Below, in pieces: positions 16,925 to 23,960 of a stretch of 37,688 nt of DNA; the stretch's first letter is position 1, and each line of letters begins with the position of its first letter. The stretch covers positions 1 through 37,688 of the forward strand of contig MGBU01000233.1 in assembly GCA_001790205.1 (NCBI GenBank). The letters are read 5' to 3'. This DNA is from Candidatus Rokubacteria bacterium GWA2_73_35 (GTDB lineage Bacteria > Methylomirabilota > Methylomirabilia > Rokubacteriales > CSP1-6). The notes beneath the pieces were generated by a model. The model worked only from the letters and a program-made list of their open reading frames with translations, was not told the DNA's origin and did no database searches. Both the position numbers and the translations under genes were made by a program.

Positions 16925-18062
16925 CGCCGCGCAACGAACTCGCCAGATTTCGCGCCTGGATCTGGACGACCGATTTCACCCGGTGCCGGCGTCCACGGAA
17001 GCCAACTTCGCCCTCCAGCCGTTCCAGCACGGCGCCGGCCACCACGCGCCGGCTCTCGTCCGTCAGCAGCCCCTCGCGCGTCTCGATCGTCACGCCTCGG
17101 GTCAGGGCCGCGATCACCGCGCGGTCCACGACGGGCTGGCGGAACTCCTCGATGAGGTCGAGCACCAGCGAGGGCTTGCCGGGACGGTCCACGTGCAGGA
17201 AGCCGGCGAAGGGCTCGAGGCCGGCGTTCATCAGGGCGCCCCACACCTGCGTGTAGAGGATGCCGTAGCCGTAGTTCAGGGCCGAGTTCACCGGATCGGG
17301 CGCCCCGCGGTGCTCGCGCGACTCGAAGGGCGCGTGGCCCTCCAGCAGCGTCCGCACGCCCGCCCAGTACTGGCGCCCCGCGCCGCCCTCGATCGAGAGC
17401 AGCGCCGGGCGCGCGTCGTCGATACGCTCGCCGGTCACGCCGTCCACTTCGCGACGGCGCGTGGCGATCCCGCGGACGGCCGCGTCGAGCCGCTCGAACG
17501 CAGCCGGATCGGCCGTCTTGAGGTACTTGCCGAAGTACTTCAGGAGCGCGGCCTGGTTGCCGAGCTTGCCGCGCACGATCGCCCTGGCCAGCTCGAGGCC
17601 CCGCGCGTCGCCGTAAGCGGCCATCTGCTCCCGCCGCGTCAGCACGGTCGCGGTCAGCATCGGCGACGAGAGCATCGCGAACGGGCGCCCCCCCGGCGTG
17701 AGGAACGACAGGTGGATGCCTCGCTCGCAGCACTCCTCGATGAGATCCGTGGAGATGGAGACGCCCTTGGCCGCGACGACGATCTCGCTCACCTGGAAGA
17801 GCGGCAGCTCCACCTGCTCCGGCTTCGTCCGCGGCGCCGCGCCGCCGTTCGCCGCCTTTGGCCGGCGCAGCGGGACCTGAGGCGTCTTCACGCCATCGGA
17901 CGTCAGCACGCCGAGTGGGGGGCGCGCCGGCAGATCCAGCGCCAGGTGGAGCTGCGGTCCGCCCTCGAGCAGCTCCAGCCGCGGCCGCGGTCCACGGACG
18001 ACCAGGCGCTCGCTCGTCTTGCCCAGCATCACGCCGTGGTCGCTGACAACGACACTGTTCAT
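16890..18062 (-). CDS. cas1: CRISPR-associated endonuclease Cas1 (390 aa, with an extra Pro/Ala-rich segment in the N-terminal domain)
   Basis: GVSISTDLIEECCERGIHLSF, AIVRGKLGNQAALLKY, EGGAGRQYW, DPVNSALNYGYGILY, HVDRPGKPSLVLDLIEEFR. GGAG precedes ATG 18062. Confidence 0.95.
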   Translation of the reverse strand: MNSVVVSDHGVMLGKTSERLVVRGPRPRLELLEGGPQLHLALDLPARPPLGVLTSDGVKTPQVPLRRPKAANGGAAPRTKPEQVELPLFQVSEIVVAAKGVSISTDLIEECCERGIHLSFLTPGGRPFAMLSSPMLTATVLTRREQMAAYGDARGLELARAIVRGKLGNQAALLKYFGKYLKTADPAAFERLDAAVRGIATRRREVDGVTGERIDDARPALLSIEGGAGRQYWAGVRTLLEGHAPFESREHRGAPDPVNSALNYGYGILYTQVWGALMNAGLEPFAGFLHVDRPGKPSLVLDLIEEFRQPVVDRAVIAALTRGVTIETREGLLTDESRRVVAGAVLERLEGEVGFRGRRHRVKSVVQIQARNLASSLRGGEPYRCFAFKW

Positions 18063-18493
18063 TCTCCTGGCTCCCGTGCTGCGCCGAGCAGCCGACGATA
18101 CAGATCGAGAAGACGATCCGCGATTCCCAAGGCCTTCCGCGCATCCTCCTCCCCGAAGAGTTCTGACGCCGGGATCCCTCGTTCCTCGTCGCCGTAGAAC
18201 GCGGGCGCCCGGTCGTCGGCCAGGTCGTCCAGACTCTCCCTGAGCTCATCGAGGGCGTGTTGCCACTCGCCGGGGAAACGGTCGGATGAAACGGCCCATC
18301 ACGCCATGCACGTCATGGCGCTTGGGCGGATCGACGCCCACGAACCGTAACGCCCCTTGAGAACCAGCTCCACCACGTCCTGGCTTTCCCGCACGACATC
18401 GGCGTGTACGCCAGCGCCCCAAAGCGTCTCCAGCATCAATCGCCGCGCCTCCGCCCGCCTGAGGTAGTCACGCGCGACGCGATCGGACGTCAC
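18059..18493 (-). pseudogene. HEPN-domain gene with a disrupted reading frame (in-frame TGA at 18301-18299); cognate of the upstream MNT
   Basis: GTG 18493 forms a GTGA overlap with the MNT stop. Frame A reads ...ARDYLRRAEARRL...VVELVLKG, then non-HEPN residues and TGA. An alternative frame between about 18352 and 18276 reads ALRFVGVDPPKRHDVHGVMGRFIRPFP, which is HEPN-like (G-x-PPK-x-HD). Frame A resumes with GEWQHALDEL...RAPAFYGDEERGIPASELFGEEDARKALGIADRLLDLYRRLL and ends in a TGA (18061-18059) overlapping the cas1 ATG. The switch points coincide with G4/C4 runs (18353-18356 and 18272-18275). Confidence 0.6.
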
Positions 18494-18978
18494 AGCGACA
18501 CCACGTCCCCGGGCTTCCAGTCGGGCTTCAGGTCCCAGTATTCGTAGCCGTCCTCGTCGACGTACCGGCGCGCCCCGAGCTCCGCAAGGCGTCGGCCGAG
18601 CCGCACGAGAATCGCAGCAAAGAAACCTCCCACGTCGTGCAGGATCAGGTGGCCCGACAGCATGCCCAGGTAGTATGATTTGACTTCCTGAGCCTCCTCC
18701 GGCGTCAGGAGAATAAGCGCCACCGTCTCGGCAAACTCTTCGGAAACTTCACGCGCCACGGCTCGGAGGCCCCCGTAGCGTGCGAAGCGCCTCTTCGGGA
18801 GCCCGCGGACGATGACGAGCACGTCAAGATCGCTCTCCGGCCGCGCTTGCCCGCGGACCCGAGAGCCGAAGGCGACCACGCTGACGAGGTCGTCGCCGAA
18901 GCGCACCTTCAGCCGCTCGACGTAGCGGTCGAGGCCAGCGCGCAGCGCGTCAGCCAGCATCATGCGGTCCGCGCTCAT
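18490..18978 (-). CDS. minimal nucleotidyltransferase (MNT) domain protein
   Basis: VVAFGSRVRGQARPESDLDVLVIV is the GS-x9-D-x-D NTase motif. 162 aa, directly followed by the HEPN gene. Confidence 0.85.
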   Translation of the reverse strand: MSADRMMLADALRAGLDRYVERLKVRFGDDLVSVVAFGSRVRGQARPESDLDVLVIVRGLPKRRFARYGGLRAVAREVSEEFAETVALILLTPEEAQEVKSYYLGMLSGHLILHDVGGFFAAILVRLGRRLAELGARRYVDEDGYEYWDLKPDWKPGDVVSL

Positions 18979-19281
18979 GCAAATCCTTCTCGAAATCTCG
19001 CAGTGGCACTGAAATCCTCCCCGCGCTCGCCCGTCTCCTCGCCAAGAACGAGGGCGCGGGCAACGGCGCCCTCGTCGAGACGGCCGACCTCGACGACGCG
19101 CTCCGCTGGTCCTCCCGGCAACCGGAGAGTCCCGCGCTCCACTTCTTCCGACCCATGCCGGACGCCAGGTCGATCTGGTCCTTCATGCCCCGGACCGCCT
19201 CCTGGCCATCGAGGTCTCCGTCGCTCCCTCAGCTACGGTCGTCCTCGGACCCGCGCTGGTCATGCAAGTATTCCTTGAAAT

Positions 19282-19300
19282 TTTGCAGCATCGCTGCAAA
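19282..19300. promoter_or_regulatory. perfect 8-bp inverted repeat TTTGCAGC-ATC-GCTGCAAA upstream of the second DUF4143 ATPase
   Basis: Read directly. It lies in a locally AT-rich stretch (19262-19305), 10 nt before the proposed GTG start at 19311. Confidence 0.4.
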
Positions 19301-19310
19301 TACTACCGGC

Positions 19311-20591
19311 GTGGGGTTCCATCCCCGCCGCCTGCTCGCGCTGCTCCGGGCCCGCCTGGCCGCCCGGCCGATCACGGTCCTGACGGGCGCGCGCCAGACG
19401 GGCAAGACGACGATCGTCCGCGACCTCCTGCCCGCAGGCGGTGACCTGCCGAGCGTCTATTTCTCGCTCGACGATCCCGACGAGCGCCTGCGCCTCGCGG
19501 CCGATCCCGTGCGGCGGCTCGATCACGGCGCGCGCATCGTGGTGCTCGACGAGATCCAGAAGCAGCCCGCCCTGCTCGACGCGGTGAAGCTGCTCGCCGA
19601 CCGCGGCGAAGGGCGGCGCTTCCTGCTGCTCGGCTCGGCGCAGGTGCTGCTGCTCCGGCAGGTCCGCGAGACGCTCGCCGGCCGCGCCGCGTTGCTGGAG
19701 CTGTGGCCGCTCGGCCTGGTCGAGCGCGTCGAAGGCCCGGAGGCTCCGCTCTCCGGCCTCGATCAGATCTGGCGCGAGGGCGAGGCCGCGGTGCGCCGCA
19801 TGGCCGAATCGCCGCCCAGCGCGGACGACGCCCGCCTCTGGCGCGGGCGCGCCGAGGAGCACTTCCTCTGGGGCGGCTACCCGGCGCTGGAGCCGATGCC
19901 GCCCGAGGAGCGCCGCGCCTGGCTGCGCGATTTCCGGCGCACGTACCTCGAGCGCGACCTGGCCGACCTCGGCCGCGTGGCCGATCTCGACCAGTTCGCC
20001 CTCGCGCAGAACCTCCTGGCCGCCCGCACCGGCCAGCTCCTCTCGCACTCGGAGGTAGCGCGCGAGCTGGGCGTCGCCGTCAACACCGTCAAGCGCTACG
20101 TACGCTTCCTGGAGATCTCCTACCAGCTCTTCCTCCTGCGACCGCTCCAGCCGACCGTGACCGCGCGGCTGGTCAAGAGCCCCAAGCTCTACTGGACCGA
20201 CCCGGCGCTGGCGAGCCTGCTCGGCGAGCGCGCCGGCGCCGCCGACGGCGCGCTCTTCGAGACCGCCGTGCTCGACGAGCTGCTCCGCTGGTCGTCCTGG
20301 CAGCCGGAGCCGCCGGCACTGCACTTTTTCCGCACGCACGCCGGCCGCGAGGTGGACTTCATCCTCCACGCTCCCGACCGCGTCGTCGCCCTCGAGGCCA
20401 AGTCGAGCGAGCGCGCCCACCGCACCGACGCGCGCCCGCTGACCGAGGTGCTGGGCGCCCTCACCCTGCGCGGTGTCGCGCGCGACGCCTGGCGGGTGGG
20501 GTTGGTGGTCACGCGCGGCCGCGAGGTGGAGCCGCTCGCGCCGGGCGTGTGGGCCGTGCCCGACTGGCGGCTGTTCGGGCCGGGGGGATGA
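19311..20591 (+). CDS. AAA+ ATPase with DUF4143-type C-terminal domain (paralogue of 7430..8599)
   Basis: Walker A GARQTGKTTI and Walker B VVLDEIQ, then YLERDL...KLYWTDPAL. I chose GTG 19311 (VGFHPRRLLALLRARL...) by alignment with the N-terminus of the 7430 paralogue. The track ORF starts at 19155. Confidence 0.85.
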   Translation: MGFHPRRLLALLRARLAARPITVLTGARQTGKTTIVRDLLPAGGDLPSVYFSLDDPDERLRLAADPVRRLDHGARIVVLDEIQKQPALLDAVKLLADRGEGRRFLLLGSAQVLLLRQVRETLAGRAALLELWPLGLVERVEGPEAPLSGLDQIWREGEAAVRRMAESPPSADDARLWRGRAEEHFLWGGYPALEPMPPEERRAWLRDFRRTYLERDLADLGRVADLDQFALAQNLLAARTGQLLSHSEVARELGVAVNTVKRYVRFLEISYQLFLLRPLQPTVTARLVKSPKLYWTDPALASLLGERAGAADGALFETAVLDELLRWSSWQPEPPALHFFRTHAGREVDFILHAPDRVVALEAKSSERAHRTDARPLTEVLGALTLRGVARDAWRVGLVVTRGREVEPLAPGVWAVPDWRLFGPGG

Positions 20592-20620
20592 GAGCCTCGA
20601 GCATCTTCGCCTTCGGGCCA

Positions 20621-20854
20621 TCACTTGCCGAGCGACTCGATCAGCCTGGCCCGTATACCCAAGATGGTCAGTCCCACAACCTCCTTCTTCTTCTCGTCGT
20701 ACCGGACCACCACCCCCTGACTGAGGTCGACTCCAGCAGCCTTCCGCGGCTTCCCCAGGCTCAGGTAGAGCACGTCGGCTTCCTCGTCGTAATACCAGTC
20801 GAGCCGCTCTTTCTTCTCAAGGATCTTCACCGTGTCGACAGGCGTTGCCTCCAT
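20621..20854 (-). CDS. DUF2283-family small protein (antitoxin-like)
   Basis: Internal ATG 20854 of track ORF 20621..21031. Reads MEATPVDTVKILEKKERLDWYYDEEADVLYLSLGKPR...VVVRYDEKKKEVVGLTILG, with the YDxEADxLY signature. No DUF4258-type partner is recognisable next to it. Confidence 0.7.
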   Translation of the reverse strand: MEATPVDTVKILEKKERLDWYYDEEADVLYLSLGKPRKAAGVDLSQGVVVRYDEKKKEVVGLTILGIRARLIESLGK

Positions 20855-20925
20855 CTCGCCAGTCGCCTGGCGAAGTATGCCGTGGCGACGAATCCGTCGT
20901 CGGCGCCTGCTTCCTTGTTCCTCGA

Positions 20926-23175
20926 TCATAAGCGGAGGCCGAGTTCGCTCGAATACGGGGCATCGATTACCCAGATGCCATCCGCCCGATCGTGTCTCAG
21001 GTCGTATTGCCGGTATCGCAGGGATCGCCACCGTACCGGGATGAGCAAGGCATTTGCCTCTAGCCAGAGTCCATTCGCCATCAGATCGCGGTATTCAGCT
21101 TCGAGACAGGCCGGGAGAACGTCGACCGACGAATCAGCAGATTCGATCACGCTCTCCACCCAGTCTTCGTGGGCACCAGCGAGCGCGCGATCCTCGAATT
21201 CCGTGAGTCCTGAGTGATTCAGCCCCGCTAGAAACTCTGTCTCCTCCTCACCGGTGTAGCCACCAGCGTAGACGCGGTCCGCACGTTGGACGAGATCCGA
21301 CTCACTGACCAGTCCTGCCGCACCGGCTTCGAGCAGTTCGACGACGGATCGGCGAACGAGATCCTGTGGGTAGAGCGGATGTGCAGACGATTGCGCCTCG
21401 AGGAGTTCGACCGTCGCTGGAGACACCTGGGACCCGAAGCGGTTGACGCGCCCCATGCGCTGCACCAGAGCATCGATGGGCGCGGGCTCGGTAATGAGGC
21501 GCTCGAAATCGATATCCAGGCTGACCTCGACGACTTGCGTGGCGACGAGCAGGCTGGGTAACGGACCGCCACCGGTGAGTGCCCGCTCTTTACAGACACG
21601 GTCGCGGCGGTTGAAGCGCCCATGCAGGAGCATAGGGCTCGCCTCACCGGACAGCTGACCCCGTAACCGCTCGTACGCATCCTGTGCAGTGCGGACGTGG
21701 TTGCAGACAAGAAGGGTGGCCGCACTCCGACGCAGCTCGGAGGCAGAAATCTCCGCCACCGTCCCAGGACGGTGGACTACCCGATGACGGGCGCGAAGCA
21801 GCACGTCGCGGTCCGTCGCGTCACTCTCCAAGGGTACGACGGTAGGCCCGATCCGTGAGAGCGCCTGACGAATGAGCCGTTCAAGAAACGCGGGGAGCGT
21901 GGCCGACACGAACGCGCAGCGCCCGCCCCACCGCTCAACCAGCTGCGTTGTAGCGAGCACGAGTCCGGCGATCCGCGGCTCGTAGGCGTGCACCTCGTCG
22001 AAAATGAAGAGCGCCCCGCGGAACTCTCCGAGCGCCAGTTCCCAGCCTTTGCCGCGGAGCGCCTGGCGCAGGATCTGGTGGGGGGTACATACCCGAAACG
22101 TGAAACCCATCTCTCGCGCGAGTGTCGCAACCTGCTTCGCGACGGCCTGCTGACCCAGCCGGGCGGACAGATCGTCCGGTCGCTCGCGCAGCCCGTAGAT
22201 CGACTCTGCCGCGCGACCATGCAGGATGCCAGCGGGGAAATGCCGCCCGCAGTCACTCGGGCAGTCTGGTCGGTGTTCGGCAAGCCTGCGCCGCATGGCA
22301 TCTATGCTTGCGGTGTGCGGCAGGACGTAATACACGCGACCCGCCCGTGCTTGATTAGCTTGTGCCCACATCAGCGCGGCCTCGGTCTTCCCGCTTCCGG
22401 TGGGCGCGCGGAGCAGCAGGTGGCCGCGCACCTCTGCGGCACGCTGTTGAAAACCACGAGACTGGACCGGAGCGATGTCAATGCGCTTGAGGTCAACCGG
22501 GGGCGGCGGGTCGACGTGCGCGCTCGCCATGTGATCGCACGTCACGAGCAGCCCACGCAGCAACGCGGCGCGCAAGCGCTCCTCGGCCCGGAAGCTTCGG
22601 CGCTGCGAAGCGGCATGCGTCCCGCGCACGAGCCACCTGAGGTCAAGGCGAAGCGCAACGGGAGTCAATGTGGCAGGGAGACCGAGCTCAGGAGCAATTG
22701 CACGCAGATCCGCCCAGCACCGTCGCCAAGCACGGTCGTTCTCTTGCAGTTCCCTGGTCATGCGGTCAAAGGCCCCTGACGACTCCCCTTCCAGTGGTAG
22801 CTGTTCCCATGGTAGTTGCCCCGCCTCGACTTCTATCCCGTTACCGGGAAGCGTCTTGTGGTGTGTCAGCACTGCGAGCAGAACCTCAGGGGCCAAGCTG
22901 GGAACGGAGGATGCGAGCGAGGCCGACAGGATCTCGTGGCGTAGACCATCCCACCCAGGCCGCTGGCCTCGTAGCACCTCCTGGAAGCCGAGCGCGGCCT
23001 TGCCCACGTCATGGAACAGGATCGCGAGGCGGAGATCGGCGGAGAGCCGTTGCTTCTGGTCCTCGTCGAACGGCAGCCCTTCGATTACTCGGTCGGCCAC
23101 GTGCAGGCCTCGCCGCACGTGGTCGACGAGCGGTTCGCCCGTACTCTTCGCCAGCACAGAAACCTCGGGGGTCAT
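20926..23175 (-). CDS. cas3: CRISPR-associated helicase/nuclease Cas3 (HD + DExH helicase)
   Basis: HD domain (LAILFHDVGKAALGF, LTHHK). Helicase motif I APTGSGKTEAAL and motif II FIFDEVHAYE. ATG 23175 sits just after GGAGG and shares ATGA with the cas5 stop. The upstream part of the 837-aa track ORF is read-through. Confidence 0.9.
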   Translation of the reverse strand: MTPEVSVLAKSTGEPLVDHVRRGLHVADRVIEGLPFDEDQKQRLSADLRLAILFHDVGKAALGFQEVLRGQRPGWDGLRHEILSASLASSVPSLAPEVLLAVLTHHKTLPGNGIEVEAGQLPWEQLPLEGESSGAFDRMTRELQENDRAWRRCWADLRAIAPELGLPATLTPVALRLDLRWLVRGTHAASQRRSFRAEERLRAALLRGLLVTCDHMASAHVDPPPPVDLKRIDIAPVQSRGFQQRAAEVRGHLLLRAPTGSGKTEAALMWAQANQARAGRVYYVLPHTASIDAMRRRLAEHRPDCPSDCGRHFPAGILHGRAAESIYGLRERPDDLSARLGQQAVAKQVATLAREMGFTFRVCTPHQILRQALRGKGWELALGEFRGALFIFDEVHAYEPRIAGLVLATTQLVERWGGRCAFVSATLPAFLERLIRQALSRIGPTVVPLESDATDRDVLLRARHRVVHRPGTVAEISASELRRSAATLLVCNHVRTAQDAYERLRGQLSGEASPMLLHGRFNRRDRVCKERALTGGGPLPSLLVATQVVEVSLDIDFERLITEPAPIDALVQRMGRVNRFGSQVSPATVELLEAQSSAHPLYPQDLVRRSVVELLEAGAAGLVSESDLVQRADRVYAGGYTGEEETEFLAGLNHSGLTEFEDRALAGAHEDWVESVIESADSSVDVLPACLEAEYRDLMANGLWLEANALLIPVRWRSLRYRQYDLRHDRADGIWVIDAPYSSELGLRL

Positions 23176-23960
23176 ACGCCTCCGGCTGCCTGCGACCAGG
23201 CGTGAAGGTAGACCGCATCGTCCGAGCCCTTGGCGTTCGAGGGATGAAAGAGATCGTTGCCCTGGACGTGGTGCAGATCCTCTGCGCGCTCCTGCGCCGA
23301 GAGGTCCGCGTCCGAGGGATGAAAGAGATCGTTGCCCTGGACGTCGAAGCGCATGCCGTCTGCCGTCGGCGGCAGGCTGATGAAGCGCCCAACCGCTCCA
23401 ACGCGACGAGGCTGACCGAAGGGCCCTGCCTCGAACCACTCGGCCAGGGTGAGCGGCAGCCCGTGGCTCTGAACGGCGTCACGAGCAACGAGAGTCGCGC
23501 CGATGGCACCGCGCTGCACCGGGACCAGCGACACAGGGCGCACGAAGACGACCCAGGCGACGTCCTCCGAGCGCCCAAACCTCGGCGTGGCCACCGGAGA
23601 CTCGAACACCGCACTCATCGCGGCCGGAACCACGTACAGATCGAGACTCGGCGCGACATGAAACTGCCTGCGTAGCAGGCCAGGACCTTTGCGATGCTCC
23701 CTGAGCCGCCCACGCTCCAGCGTCCAGCGTCGCGTCCTTTGGAGATCCATCGCTTGGCCGCGATAACGGTACTCGAAGCCCACTCGCACCTCGTGCGGCG
23801 ACACAACCCGTCCCGCGCACGCACTGATCATCCCGAGGACGTTCGTGTATGCGGGGACGGGAAGACTCGCTTGCGTCCCGCTGATGAGCAGAGGCTGCCG
23901 AAACGAGGCCGTCAGGCCCTCGAGCCGGACATGGACGCCGTGCAGCGTCAGCGGAGGCAT
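23172..23960 (-). CDS. cas5: CRISPR-associated protein Cas5 (type I-B/Cas5t-like)
   Basis: MPPLTLHGVHVRLEGLTASFRQPLLISGTQASLPVPAYTNVLGMISACAG is a typical Cas5 N-terminus. ATG 23960 overlaps the cas7 stop by 13 nt. The track ORF begins at TTG 23996. The C-terminal tail contains the duplicated peptide VQGNDLFHPS (next feature). Confidence 0.75.
   Translation of the reverse strand: MPPLTLHGVHVRLEGLTASFRQPLLISGTQASLPVPAYTNVLGMISACAGRVVSPHEVRVGFEYRYRGQAMDLQRTRRWTLERGRLREHRKGPGLLRRQFHVAPSLDLYVVPAAMSAVFESPVATPRFGRSEDVAWVVFVRPVSLVPVQRGAIGATLVARDAVQSHGLPLTLAEWFEAGPFGQPRRVGAVGRFISLPPTADGMRFDVQGNDLFHPSDADLSAQERAEDLHHVQGNDLFHPSNAKGSDDAVYLHAWSQAAGGV
23233..23344. repeat. two 37-nt direct repeats (36/37 identical) separated by a unique 38-nt segment, inside the cas5 3' end
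   Basis: Copy A at 23233-23269 is GCGTTCGAGGGATGAAAGAGATCGTTGCCCTGGACGT. Copy B at 23308-23344 is GCGTCCGAGGGATGAAAGAGATCGTTGCCCTGGACGT. Identity stops abruptly on both sides. The 75-nt period has the same repeat/spacer geometry as the main array. Confidence 0.6.

Noticed and set aside
18299-18301. In-frame TGA in the HEPN gene, considered as selenocysteine or programmed read-through
   Set aside because: The residues flanking the TGA in that frame are not HEPN-like, whereas the HEPN core motif appears in a different frame. A double frameshift explains the data better than recoding.
18950-19186. 78-aa minus-strand ORF upstream of the MNT gene, plus a second frame (VERGTLRLPGGPAERVVEVGRLDEG...REGFA) whose TGA forms an ATGA overlap with the MNT start
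   Set aside because: No recognisable fold or motif, and low-complexity composition. The overlap may be coincidental. I left it as non-coding or possibly degraded. It would merit a profile search only.
20855-21031. N-terminal extension of the DUF2283 ORF (MAIPAIPAIRPETRSGG...), considered as a possible DUF4258-type toxin remnant
   Set aside because: It overlaps the cas3 C-terminus in another frame, has Arg-rich composition, and shows no toxin-like motif. The DUF2283 domain starts at ATG 20854.
23176-23439. N-terminal 88-aa extension of the cas3 track ORF, containing RPGQRSLSSL twice
   Set aside because: It is another frame of the cas5 3' end, reading through the 37-nt repeats. A GGAGG-ATG at 23175 marks the start of the real HD domain N-terminus.
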